NCBI RefSeq assembly: GCF_006345805.1
Contig: NC_043003.1
Location: 48,732,001 to 48,796,000 of the forward strand
Source: Octopus sinensis
Taxonomy: Eukaryota
DNA length: 64,000 nucleotides
Direction: 5' to 3'
In this document: positions 1 through 12,949 of the stretch, one piece after another
Layout: the number at the start of each line of letters is the position of its first letter
How positions within the stretch are numbered: position 1 is the first letter of the stretch
The notes under the pieces: generated by a model
Database searches by the model: none
The model's input: only the letters and a program-made list of their open reading frames with translations
What the model was told of the DNA's origin: nothing
Made by a program: the position numbers and the translations under genes

Positions 1-19
1 GGATTCAAACTATATTAAT

Positions 20-235
20 GGTTTCAAATTTTGCCACAAGGGCAGCAATTTGGAGAGAGGGGTAAGTCACTTACATCGACCCCACTGCTCAATTGGTACT
101 TATTTTATCGACCCTCGAAAGGATGGAAGATAAAGTCGCCCTCGGCGGAATTTGAGCTCAGAACGTAAAGATGGCCGAAATTCTGCTAAGCATTTTGCCC
201 GGTGTGCTAACGTTTCTGCCAGCTCGCTGCCTTAA
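20..235 (-). mobile_element. SINE family A (tRNA-derived head, Deu/Nin-like core GCCTTTCATCCTTTCGGGGTCGATAAA)
   Basis: Homologous to more than 20 copies in the window. Further partial or decayed copies near 415, 810, 4915, 12215, 17710, 18240, 19995, 25725, 25968, 51449, 57993 and 60310. Confidence 0.85.
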
Positions 236-2286
236 CAGCAACTATACTAATAATTCTTTCTACTGGAAGCACAAGACATCAAATTTGGGGGAAGGGATTA
301 AGCTTTCAATCCTCGCCTTATAAGATTTCTTACATTGACGCACAGCAGCAGACTCAAAAGGAAGGAATATTATATAATATTCCTTCTCTTTTACTATAAT
401 TTCTTTCATGTCTTTATAGGAATGCTAAATCGACCCGAATACTTGATTGGTTCTTTATTTTATCGACCCCGGAAATTTCAAAGGCAAAGTTGACCTCTTT
501 GGGAATGAAACCGTGTATGGAAATGGCTGTAGTTAAATACCACAGATATTTTGTCCGATGCTTTAATGATCCTGCCAATGCACCGATTGAGTTGACACCA
601 TCAATAATTGAACTCGAAAAGTAACAGAAAGGTTCTAATACTGGAAAGAATTTGACCACTCTAAGAATGACGAAAATGAGATTGGATTTCAGTCTCAAGT
701 TTATGTGATGTCAAACAACCGCGACTAGAAATTAACTAAGATTTCAGTATGAGTAGTACGTTAATCCATAGCTCAGTTAACTTCCTCATCGTCTTGTTTA
801 ATTCCACATTCTGACATTGGCACAAAATGATAATTTTTTAGAATAAGGTATAGTCGATTTAATCGCTGTAAGTACATGACTGGTACTTTATCAATCCCAG
901 GAAAAAAAAAAGCAAATTAATCTCGGTGGCATTTGAACTCAAGGATATTAATACCAGAAACTAATACCAAATGATTCTAATTATCTACAGGTCCGTTTTA
1001 TATTATCGATAGCTAGTTGTCGAGGAATTGGCGGAATCTTCAAAACATCGGACAAAATAGCATGCTGCAGTTGATTACATCGCTGTGCATCGTTCCGAGT
1101 GCTATAAAATATAATACCAGACTTGTACTAGGGCATATTTAATCAACTGTACCTACTCCGCAAGACCTTAGGCCTTGTATTTCTTCTAGAAATCTATATT
1201 ATATTATCGACATCTAGATAATTTGATTTTATCAAAATGGATACTGCATAGTCTTTAATTTGACCTACAAATCTTTACGAGCATGAACAGATTTAAGAAA
1301 ACTCTATGAGCCGTTTAACAATTTTAATACATCTCAGAGATTGGAAAACATCAAAGAAACGCACGAGCCTAGGATCAGACTAAGTTGTGTGTTTTAATTA
1401 AAACTTCTGAAGACATTCTAGTTGCTATGTTTATTTCCCATCCAAGTGTTGTAATTATACTTTATTCTGCCGTTTACAACCAATTGACGTCACTTCCTCA
1501 TCCGCTTTGCCAAGACTGCGTACATTCTCCTGTTTGAAGTTATCAATGAAGCAGTAATTTTCTAAATTGATCTATGTTGGATATTATTGTATGTAAACAC
1601 TACAAAAACTGTTTGTATTTATTTTTTGCTGTGTTTTTTTTTTATATAATTATTTCCAAAATAAGAGAACTCCCGTTAGTAAGGCGGCTTTTTGACAAGT
1701 TTTCTATTGAAAGCATGAACAACTAGCGTTATGCATGGTGCTATAAACACCTTTGTTGAAACTTCAGCTACACAAATCGATAGAAAGTTTACTTGCTTAA
1801 GGAAGGTATCCTGTAATGGATTAAGTCTACAGCTGTAAAACAGCGTTACCATTTATGTCATTGCAATTGCAGCAGCTGTTTAGCCCCGGGTCAACCTTGT
1901 TCATGTTCCTCAAACCAATAGGTATATATTCATATGTTTGTGTGTTTATTCGAGCCATTCTCTGAAGGAAGGAGCTGCTTTCTAACAAAGACACAAACGC
2001 TCCATCACTAGAATACGGATAACAACGACGATAAGTACTGAGTTTTGCATATTTTTACTGTTCGATTTACAGATTGTATCGGTAAAGGTCTTTTTCCATA
2101 TCTGAAAAATCCTAACTTTTTTAGACTGTCTCTTACTAACGTAACCAAGTGTGCCAATGATTATTGGTGTAAATGTGAATTTGAGCAGCAGGTCTCGAAG
2201 CATTCGTCCATCAATATTCTCATTCCCGCAATTTTTAGAAGAGATATTTACGTCTGCAAGGCAGCTAATCTCTATAACTGTATATG

Positions 2287-2289
<3 letters not shown>

Positions 2290-2347
<58 letters not shown>

Positions 2348-2378
2348 GTGCGTGTGTGCGTGTGTGCGTGTGTGTGTA
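2290..2378. repeat. (GT)n microsatellite
   Basis: Directly visible. Confidence 0.98.
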
Positions 2379-2519
2379 TCCTAACTAACTAGTGGAACTT
2401 CGATTTACGAATTTATTTCGTTCCTGAAAGCTATTCGTCATTCAGAATCATAAGCATCTTGTTCCCATTTTCCTTCTAAAATAGTGTCTGTCAAATTCAC
2501 CTTCTTCGGGGAAATCTGA

Positions 2520-3350
2520 GTATGTCAGATGTTGGTATCAGATACTGGTACTGCAAATGCATTGTGGGATTGCTTATTGTAACAGAAAAGCCCTGACTTC
2601 CGTAGCTCCAAATAATAACAGATATGCAACTGAAAGTGTATCTTGGGTACTGGATTTACAAACTTCTTATCAATGGTCCATCGACGTACATTTCTCCTGT
2701 ATCTGTTTGTGCACATTGGCATCCAGGGGGCAGCTGATTTCCACAACATATTTTTCCTTGTGATCGCATGCTATATCTAGTCTGTTGTCTTTTAACTTGG
2801 TGGCTGCTTTAATCTTTAAGTTCTCTCAATATTCTTTCGACTCATCTGTCTCAATATGGTCAACTTCGTCTGTAAATGTTTTCGTTCTTGTTATCTTGTT
2901 CCAAACTGTTCTAGCTATTGTATCATGGCTCATGCGAAAATAATATCTGGGTTTGATGTCTTCAGTCCTGTTTTTGCACAGCCTACATTTGTTGTATGTC
3001 AACGATTTCTGTCTTTCATGCTGTAGGTACTCCGTGGGGACCTCTTGTTTTTGAATTGCATGGGTATCTTTCGAAGTGGGAGGTCAGAAACTTGTCGGTA
3101 CTTCATACCAATCTTTTGAGATGATCAATTCCTTCTACGGTTTGTGCTTGTCGTGTCAAGTACGCACGCACCAACTTCCCAGTGAATTGGTCCATTTGAA
3201 TTTTATTTTGTTCTTTTGATAAATAGAATTTACCGATGTTTCTTTGAGAGAGATCTGTATCAGCTCTTATTTCAAGGTCATTAGCTATCCTAATTATGCT
3301 GTTGGTTTCATGATTGCAAACTTGGAAACGGTATTTACTGATCTCTTTCC
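2520..3350 (-). mobile_element. Decayed RLE-type non-LTR retrotransposon (R4/Dong-like) C-terminal fragment
   Basis: - strand remnants AIQKQEVPTEYL, KCRLC (zinc knuckle), SHDTIAR, and VEISCP..DANV (restriction-like endonuclease). Confidence 0.6.
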
Positions 3351-3578
3351 TATGTATGTATGTATGTATGTATGTATGTATGTATGTATGTATGTATGTA
3401 TGTATGTATGTATGTATGTATTACGGATGGTTATTTGTATGTACGTACGTATGTATGTATGTACGTACGTATGTATGTATGTATGTATGTATGTATGTAT
3501 GTATGTATGTATGTATGTATGCATTCATGCATGCATGTATGTATGCATGCATGTATGCATGTATGTATTACGGATGGT

Positions 3579-3610
<32 letters not shown>

Positions 3611-3698
3611 TGTATGTATGTATGTATGTTTGTATTTATGTATGTATGTATGTATGTATGTATGTATGTATGTATGTATGTATGCATGTATGTATGTA
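3351..3698. repeat. (ATGT)n microsatellite with duplicated interruption
   Basis: Directly visible; TTACGGATGGTTA occurs twice. Another (ATGT)n run at 5185-5262. Confidence 0.98.
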
Positions 3699-5540
3699 AT
3701 AGCTATGTAAAGCGTAACGTTTTCAAGAATGCTCTTAAAGAACTAATGGGTTATGGAACTAAATACATAAGATTTTAAAAAAAGATATGAAAGTTGATTA
3801 CAATCACCACCACTATCACCACCCACCATCACCAACACCACCAGCTGAGCTAGCGTGTGCGTTCGCTCAGAACACTAGATATAGTAGTTAAACCTCCTTG
3901 AAATAATACGCTTCTATCTTAAAAAAGGAAGAATATGCTGGATAATGTAGTCTTAGTCAGAGGATGTCTGAAAACAGATGAAATAGATACAGCTGGAATA
4001 CCTTTGATCATAGGTTTGTCTTTTTATAGCTAATTCAGTGGAAGAATGGCAACACCCATGGCCATGTTTAAGGGTCTCCCATATTGACGAAAGGAAGGTA
4101 GGATGGTATCCCCAGACAGGAGACCTGGTCCGAGTACTTTTAACTGTGTGAACTCTATTACAGGCACCCGAAAGCTAGACGATGAGGATGTTAAACCGGA
4201 ATCAAGTTTTCTTCTCAAAAGCTGTAAGAGCCCCTTCGGTCGGCTTCCACACAGTTTCTACCTATCAAATTTCCTTTGAAATGCTTTTGTCGACCCGAGG
4301 GCACAATAAAAAAAATACATTCTCAGGATAATGCGTAATGGGATTGAATCCGGAATCATATATTTAGAAAACAAACTTCTGAGCCGAGACAGCAACTTGA
4401 CCCAGAATCTGCCAGGATGTGCAGTAAAATGAAATATGGCCTTTCTTGTTTCGTATATGTACCGGAAAAAAATTAAGAAAAAAGGGTATGAGTCATCTAC
4501 TTATAATGTTTCGTTCTGTTGTCTTCTCACTGTATTGAATATCCATTCACATTTATTTATTGCCCGGATGGCATTTCCGAGTTATTTGAGCAACTCTTTC
4601 TCTACGCCCACAAATAAACATCTCCATTTAGTTAATGCCCTCAATTCATTTGCTAATACTTAAGCAAGATATAGTGATGAATTACTTATTTATTTTCGTG
4701 GAACAAAAAAAGAAATTCATTATTTTTTTTATTCTTATAGCATATTTTATTCAGTTTGTTATTCTCTCTATGCATCTAAAATATCATTTTGCTTGTCACA
4801 GTATGTATTTCCTTGTTATACTTCAAAGGGCATCAAAAAGTGAAAGAAGTTTCCATTGCAAAACATAAACCAGAGAAGTATTTTCTGAAGCAAAATGATT
4901 TCATTAATAATCTTCTCCATTAAAGGCACGAGGCCAGAAATTTTGAGGAGAGAGGTAACTCGGTTACATCTATCGCAATACTTGATTGATACTTATTTCA
5001 TCGACTCCGAAAGAATGAAAGGCAAAGTCTGCCTCGGTGGAATTTGAACTCAGAACGTAAGGACAGACGAGACGAAGTCGTGAAACATTTCATCCGGTGT
5101 GCTAACAGTACTGCCAGCTCACTGCCTTAAGATTCTTGACTAATACAACGACTCCTTAATGTGATGAACACGTTCCAAGAACTATGCATGCATGTATGTA
5201 TGTATGTATGTATGTATGTATGTATGTATGTATGTATGTATGTATGTATGTATGTATGTATGAGCGTATGTGTGTATATGTGTGTGCGTGTATGTTATAA
5301 TTATACAGCTCTTATGACTCATACGTAGTACTTATATAAAAATATGCGAAAGTTGCAAGAGGTACGTGCACTTAGGGAAAATACGGTTCCCTTTGAATAT
5401 TATTTCAATTTTTGGCACAAGGCCAGCAATTTCAGATGTTGGGGTAAGTCGATTACACCGACCCCAGTATGCAACTGGTACTTATTTTATCGACTTCGAA
5501 AGGATGAAAGGTTAAGTGGACCACAGCAGAATACGAACTC

Positions 5541-5960
5541 AAGGCGGCGAGCTGGCAGAAACGTTAGCACGCCGGGCGAAATGCTTAGCGGTAATTCGTC
5601 TGCCGCTACGTTCTGAGTTCAAATTCCGCCGAGGTCGACTTTGCCTTTCATCCTTTCGGGGTCGATTAAATAAGTACCAGTTACGCACTAGGGTCGATAT
5701 AATCGACTTAATCCGTTTTTCTGTCCTTGTTTGTCCTCTCTGTGTTTAGCCCCTTGTGGGCAATAAAGAAATAGGTATTTCGTCTGCCGTTACGTTCTGA
5801 GTTCAAATTCCGCCGAGGTCGACTTTGCCTCTTCATCCTTTCGGGGTCGATAAATTAAGTATCAGTTACGCACTGGGGTCGATATAATCGACTTAATCCC
5901 TTTGTCTGACCTTGTTTGTGCCCTCTATGTTTAGGCCCTTGTGTGCAATAAAGAAATAAA
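5541..5960 (+). mobile_element. SINE family A, dimeric copy nested in an opposite-strand family A copy
   Basis: Head AAGGCGGCGAGCTGGCAGAA, B-box GAGTTCAAATTCC, duplicated body, TSD AATACGAACTCA. Confidence 0.9.
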
Positions 5961-6494
5961 AATACGAACTCAGAACGTAAAGACGGATGAAATGCCTATT
6001 TCTTTACCAGCATTTAACCCAAAAGTTGAGAAAGGGTGTAAGGTGTCGTTTATAGTTTGAAGGCGCGTGGCTTAGTGGTTAGCATGTTGGACACACGATC
6101 GTAAGATTGTAGTTTCGATTCCTGGACCAGGCGATGTTTTGTATTCTTGAGCAAAACACTTCATTTCACATTGCTCCAGTCCACTCAGCTGTAGAAATGA
6201 GTTTAGCCTGGAGAAGAAGGGGTTCCGCCAAGCTTTCTCGCTCAAGAAGGGCTGCATGGTTGCAGCATCCCGACGACCCCCAAGGTGTTAAGGGACTTGT
6301 CATTGTCATTGTCAAGAGATATTTCAATCCTAATTTTTCAACAATCTCAAGCTGTTGTCTAGTTCATTGTCATAAACATGCTATGTCTGTGTTTAAGAAG
6401 CCCGTTTTGCAGTCACATGGTTTCGGTTTCAGTCCCACTGTACGGCACTCTGGGTGTCTTCAAGTATAGACCCGGATCGACCAATACCTTAAGA

Positions 6495-6516
6495 GTGTGT
6501 GTGCGCGCACGTGTTT

Positions 6517-6569
<53 letters not shown>

Positions 6570-6670
6570 TGTTATGTGTGTGTGAGTGCGTGTGAGCGAG
6601 TGAATATGTGTGTGTGTGTCTGTGAGTGTCTGGGGTGTATATATATATATATATATATAATATATATATA

Positions 6671-6709
<39 letters not shown>

Positions 6710-6860
6710 TATACATATATATATATACATATATATATATACATATATATATACATATATGTATGTATGTATGCATATATATGTATGTGTGTGTGTCTGT
6801 GAGTGTATGATATATATATGTATGCATGCATATATGTATGTGTGTGTGTGTGTGTGTGTC
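6495..6860. repeat. Compound (GT)n/(TA)n microsatellite
   Basis: Directly visible. Confidence 0.97.
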
Positions 6861-7045
6861 TTTGTGGTTGTGTTTACGACTGGTGTTGGTTTGCTTATTG
6901 TTCTGTAACTTAGCAGTTCGACAAAGAGTCCGATAGAATAAGTACTAGATTTAAAAATAAGTGTTGGGGTCAGTTTGTTTGACTAAAACTTTCAAGGCCG
7001 CAATCCAGGGATTGAAATAAGGAAACAATGTTAGGTTGAAATCTA

Positions 7046-7838
7046 ACTTTATTCTTCAAACATTATGCTTCAAACTTTATGCTTCAAACTTTATGCTTCA
7101 AACATTATGCTTCAAACATTATGCTTTAAACATTATGCTTCAAACATTATGCTTCAAACTTTATGCTTCAAACTTTATGCTTCAAACATTATGCTTCAAA
7201 CATTATGCTTCAAACATTATGCTTCAAACTTAATGCTTCAAACTTTATGCTTCAAACATTATGCTTCAAACATTATGCTTCAAACATTATGCTTCAAACA
7301 TTATGCTTTAAACATTATGCTTTAAACTTAATGCTTCAAACTTAATGCTTCAAACATTATGCTTTAAACATTATGCTTCAAACATTATGCTTTAAACTTT
7401 ATGCTTCAAACTTTATGCTTCAAACATTATGCTTCAAACATTATGCTTCAAACATTATGCTTCAAACTTAATGCTTCAAACTTTATGCTTCAAACATTAT
7501 GCTTCAAACATTATGCTTCAAACATTATACTTCAAACATTATGCTTTAAACATTATGCTTTAAACTTAATGCTTCAAACTTTATGCTTCAAATATTATGC
7601 TTTAAACATTATGCTTCAAACATTATGCTTTAAACTTTATGCTTCAAACTTTATGCTTCAAACATTATGCTTCAAACATTATGCTTCAAACATTATGCTT
7701 CAAACTTAATGCTTCAAACTTTATGCTTCAAACATTATGCTTCAAACATTATGCTTCAAACATTATGCTTCAAACATTATGCTTTAAACATTATGCTTTA
7801 AACTTTATGTTTTAAACTTTAAACTTTATGCTTTAAAT
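7046..7838. repeat. 14-bp minisatellite (CAAACATTATGCTT and variants), ~55 copies
   Basis: Directly visible tandem array with variants CAAA/TAAA and CATT/CTTT/CTTA. Confidence 0.98.
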
Positions 7839-7839
7839 T

Positions 7840-7877
7840 TCACGCGGGAGACCGGGGTTCGATTCCCCGCTGGGGAG
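7840..7877 (+). pseudogene. 3' half of tRNA-Asp(GTC)
   Basis: TCACGCGGGAGACCGGGGTTCGATTCCCCGCTGGGGAG matches the conserved metazoan tRNA-Asp from the anticodon to the discriminator base. The 5' half is absent. Confidence 0.8.
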
Positions 7878-7892
7878 GCCAGTGTTTCTTTT

Positions 7893-8055
7893 AGGAGTAG
7901 GAGTAGCTGTGTGGTAAGTAGCTTGCTTACAAACTACATGGTACCGGGTTCAGTCCCAGTGCGTGGCACCTTGGGCATGTGTCTTCTACTATAGCCTCGG
8001 GCCGACCAAAGCCTTGTGATTGAATTTGGTAGACGGAAACTGAAAGAAGCCCGTC

Positions 8056-8109
<54 letters not shown>

Positions 8110-8335
8110 TTATGTGTCTGTGTTTGACCCCCCACTCCAACATCGCTTGACAACCGATGCTGGTGTGTTTACGTCCCCGTAACGTAGCGGTTCGACAAAA
8201 GAGAACCGATAGAATAAGTACTAGGCTTACATAGAATAAGTCCTGGAGTCGATTTGCTCGACTAAAGGTGGTGCTCCAGCATGGCCACAGTCAAATGACT
8301 GAAACAAGTAAAAGAGTAAAAAGAGTAAAGAGTAG
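7893..8335 (+). mobile_element. SINE family B (tRNA-like head, CORE-like GGCACCTTGGGCAAGTGTCTT, internal microsatellite, AAAAGAGT tail)
   Basis: Full copy. Other partial or decayed copies near 4240, 6395-7020, 45940-46215 and 63781-64000. Confidence 0.88.
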
Positions 8336-8439
8336 TACTTAACATATACGACAGATTTAATCCGTGGTTCCGCTTAACGTCACCACTTGTCCACGGGCCC
8401 AGGAACAGGGAGTGCAGGGGATGCATGACGCATGCGTAG

Positions 8440-8685
8440 CTCCTAAAATTTTTGTTAGTGCAAAATCAAACTTTGCACCCCTACGTACTTTTCTCGGGTT
8501 TAGAAAACAGTGAGTAAGAAGTGATCTGTAAAAAGTTGCTTGAAATTAGGTTTCTTCTCAAGGAACAAAGAACAAACGTAAATAAATTAACAACACTAAG
8601 ACTGTTTGCAAAAATATTTGGACCTGGGTTTACACCCCCATCCCACCCCATGCAAATTTCCTTCCCGAGCCAGGATACTTCTCCA
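8440..8685. repeat. Unclassified interspersed repeat (3 copies)
   Basis: GTGCAAAATCAAA..GGTTTAGAAAAC..GTGATCTGTAAAA..TTTCTTCTCAA recurs at 40925-41120 and 58940-59185. Confidence 0.7.
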
Positions 8686-9264
8686 GTTGACGCCCTTAGC
8701 GGAGTCCATTCTAAAGCAAGCATTCAAGCTACATCTCTGGTTTATTGATAACTTAGTGTGTAATCTTCCACCCTTCCGTGTAGGAAGACCGGAAAGCGGT
8801 CTTGAGGACCATCTTTTCCTCTCTAAGTTATAAATTTAGAAAGAAAAATAAACAAAAAAACACGGGTTTGTGCACTGTAGAGTTGTGTCAACCTCTTAAC
8901 ATATTTAATTTGCAAAGTTTTCTCATTACTAGGAATGTGATACGAGGAAACGAAAATGATGATAGTCGTTAGTCAAAAGTACAATGCATAGCATGTAACT
9001 AATACTTCAGATTTCTCTCTACTCAATACATCGGAAATGGAGTCCAACTGTCTTTTCATCAACTTTTTGAAACTAAATTCCCATCCTCCTCATTTCGTGA
9101 AATATTAGGTTGTTACAAAAAATACGTTCGTTTCCACCTCCCACCCTGCCATACATACTTGGTACTATATTGTTATATGTATGAAAAAAAAATGTTCTTC
9201 ATGAAATTGATCCAAATTTCAGACACGATAAACAAAAGTTGTAAAGGAAGAGCAAAGCTAAAAA

Positions 9265-9422
9265 AGCCGTGGCTGAGTGGTAAGAAGCTTGCTTCCCAAC
9301 CACATGGTTCTGGGTTCAGTCCCATTGCGTGGCACCTTGGGCACGTGTCTTCTACTATAGTCTCGGGCCGACCAAAGCCTTGTAAGTGGATTTGGTAGGC
9401 GGAAATTGAAAGAAGCCCGTCG

Positions 9423-9503
<81 letters not shown>

Positions 9504-9549
9504 CTCTCTCTGTCTGTCTGTCTGTCTGTCTACCTATCTATCTATCTCT

Positions 9550-9619
<70 letters not shown>

Positions 9620-9845
9620 GCGCCTTTATGTCTGTGTTTGTCCCTCCACTCACCGCTCGAAAGCCGGTGTTGGTGTGTTTACGACCCCGTAACTTAACGG
9701 TTCGGCAAAAGACACCGATAAAATAAGTACTAGACAGTTAAAGAAAAAGTCCTGGGGGTCGATTTGTTCGATATAAAGTTCTTCAAGGCGGTGTCCCAGC
9801 ATGGGCGCTGTCAAATGACTGACACAAGTAAAAAGTAAAAGATTA
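9265..9845 (+). mobile_element. SINE family B with expanded (TATC)n/(TA)n
   Basis: Homology to 7893-8335. Confidence 0.88.
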
Positions 9846-10683
9846 AATCTTTAATAAATTAATCTTTTAGTAAATAGGGTTGGAGGTAAAATAAACCGGA
9901 CAAATTTATCTGACAACCTAATACAATGTTCTAAGAAAATTACCTCCGATTTTTAAGATGCCAAAACATTCAGTATATTTATTGTTTTTTTTTAAAGGTT
10001 ACTGGACTGGCGATTCGAGTCTAGAGAGGTAGAAGCCAGATTCAATTCTTGGTCTGGTCAGATTTGAAGTCAGAGTTAAAAAAAAGTATATTCATAAGTG
10101 ATCCATCCATCACTTGTCCGTGATAACAAGATACGCTCAAATGTGGACCATGTTACACTTACCACGGATTGATTTGAAATAACACGGGTCGGCGATATGT
10201 CAAAGATTTCGCATGTATCACAAAACTGCGCTCAACTACCTTCCACAACACTCAAGACAACTTGTGGTCTCGGAACGAAGCTTGTTTTCTCATATGTTCT
10301 ATTGTTCATTTATCGCTGATTTTATCACTGATTCATTTATCATATTTTTAATCAAACAGCGGTGATAAACGAGTATGCATGTATTTGTTATTTAGTCGAC
10401 ACCCTATAGTTTCTGATACTAAATAACAAAATCCAGCTGAGGAAAATGATAGCAAATGCTTTAAGTTATTAAACATAATTCTTCCTGTGGTTCTTCTACT
10501 GTAATACATACCATCGTAGGCGTGTAGCTAATGATGAGAGCGTTAGGGTTAGGTGAAGCACTTGAGATCACACACTAAGCATATAGTGTTAATCCTGTGA
10601 TGTCAGGAAAAGCAATATCAAAATATTTAAGAGGGTATTTTCTACAACCATCTTGACAAAAATCTACGCCCATTTTATACTGC

Positions 10684-10684
<1 letters not shown>

Positions 10685-10754
<70 letters not shown>

Positions 10755-10845
10755 TGTACATACAAACATAAAATATATGTATATATACATATAAATTCAT
10801 ATATATACATATAATACAAACGTATATATATATTTATATATATAT

Positions 10846-10889
<44 letters not shown>

Positions 10890-11010
10890 TACACGTTATG
10901 TATATACATATATATACATAAATACAAACACATACACATTTTGACATACACGCATATATTATATATGTAATATGTGTGTGTATATATACACACATAATCT
11001 CACACACACA
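10685..11010. repeat. Compound (CA)n/(TA)n microsatellite
   Basis: Directly visible. Confidence 0.97.
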
Positions 11011-11380
11011 GGCACAAGTGTGGCTGTATGGTAAGTAGCTTGATTTCCAACCACATGGTTCCGGGTTCATTCCCACTGCGTGGCACCTTGGGCAAGTGTC
11101 TTCAACTATAGCCTCGGGCCGACCAAAGCCCTGTGAGTGGATTTAATAGACGGAAACTGAAAGAAGCCTGTCGTATGTGTGTGTCTGTCTGTGTCTGTCT
11201 GTGCTTGTCCCCCCAACATCACTTGACAACTGATGCTGGTGTGTTTACGTCCTCGTAATGTAGCGGTTCGACAAAAGAGACCGATAAAATAAATACTAGG
11301 CTTAGAAACAATACGTTCTGGAGTCGATTTCCTCGACGAAAGGCAGTGCTCCACCATAGCCGCAGTCAAATGACTGAAAA
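11011..11380 (+). mobile_element. SINE family B
   Basis: Homology to 7893-8335. Confidence 0.88.
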
Positions 11381-11497
11381 GGTAACACACATTCCATATC
11401 TTGATATTTTTTCAGAATCAAATTCAAAATTTTAAGTTTTTAATTCCCTTGAAGAAAACGGTTTTATTTATTTCATGATGTAATATATATGTACGTA

Positions 11498-11557
<60 letters not shown>

Positions 11558-11869
11558 TATTCTGTCCATTTTTTTCCTAAAGACTTGTTTTTACTGTCTT
11601 GTTCACACTGTCCTGTTCTTGTTACCCGCAAAAAACCCAAATTTTATTTAATTTCCTTTGCGGGAAGGACTGTTTCAACGAAGTTTCAACTATTTCAACT
11701 GTTTCAACGAAACGCGGAGTAGTTGAAACAGCGTCAACTGATGAAGGGGAATATTCTTTATGTCTCGTTTCTCTGTTTGTTTGTTTTGTTTGCGGTTTTC
11801 GAAAGAAAGTTCGTTTTCTATGTTTTCGTTTCTCCTTGTGTTTAGCGTTTTTGTAATGTCCTGTACCCA

Positions 11870-11899
11870 TATATGCATGTATATATATATATATATTAT

Positions 11900-11947
<48 letters not shown>

Positions 11948-12089
11948 ATATATGTATATATATATAATATATATATATGTGTGTGTGTGTGGTGTGTGTG
12001 TGTGTGTAGGTATGTACATTATATGTATGTATTATATATATATATAAATACATACATATATATATATACATACATACATACATACATAC

Positions 12090-12120
<31 letters not shown>

Positions 12121-12160
12121 CATACATACATACATACATACATACAGACAGACAGACAGA
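11870..12160. repeat. Compound (TA)n/(GT)n/(CATA)n microsatellite
   Basis: Directly visible; (CA)n also at 12507-12610. Confidence 0.97.
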
Positions 12161-12515
12161 CATGCCATGTGTCCATGTGTCTGTACAGGTCGCTGTTGTA
12201 AGTATTTCTATGAATGGTTTCAAATTCTGCTACAAGGCTAGCAATTTTGAGAAGCGGGCAAGTCGAAATGGTACTTATTCTATCAACCCCGATACGATGA
12301 AAAACAGAGTCGACCTCGGTGTAATTTGAACATAAAAATATAAAGAGATTAAAGAAATGCCACTGAGAATTATGTCCAACGCTCCTTCCAGCTCACTGCC
12401 TTCGACATTTCTGTAAATGAATAAGTTTATATGTGTGGCTATGAATGGACGTTGGCATTCTGCATGAGGATTAAATTAAGGATTTCAGTATGTATATTTG
12501 TGCGTGCACACACAC

Positions 12516-12562
<47 letters not shown>

Positions 12563-12571
12563 ACACACACA

Positions 12572-12613
<42 letters not shown>

Positions 12614-12949
12614 CAGAAGGTAACAGATTTAACATCCTGTAGAGATCATACATCACTGACTGACGACATTTCCGTTGTGTGGAAATTGCGATCAGAAGCA
12701 GTTTATCTTTCGAAAACACCTGTTAGTGAAAAGTTTTGCCTCTCTGTATGCCCTTAATCGAAAGATCATTTACCTCTTTTCTCAGTACGTAAGCACGCAC
12801 TGAAGTCGAGGATCAAAATCTGTCAATCACTTGATGTGTTTTCAGACACGTCCCGAGAACATTAGCATATCCAGCGGTGTGCTTGAATGTCACAGAGTTC
12901 ATAAAGTGAATGCAAACAGTTATTAACGAGTTTATTAACTGTCGAACGC

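Noticed and set aside
3244-3778. CMYV/HTYI ORFs and similar YIYI, CVCV, HTHT, LSLS ORFs throughout
   Set aside because: Stop-free translations of microsatellites.
7036-7838. CRISPR-like array or repetitive protein (LQTLCFKHYASNIM ORFs)
   Set aside because: Head-to-tail 14-bp units with no unique spacers and no cas genes, in a eukaryotic context; the ORFs are translations of the repeat.
11668-11775. Hammerhead candidate around CTGATGAAG (11738) and GAAACAGCGTC
   Set aside because: Could not build stem II closing onto GAAA or a consistent stem I; only short GTTTCAAC repeats and a small hairpin are supportable.
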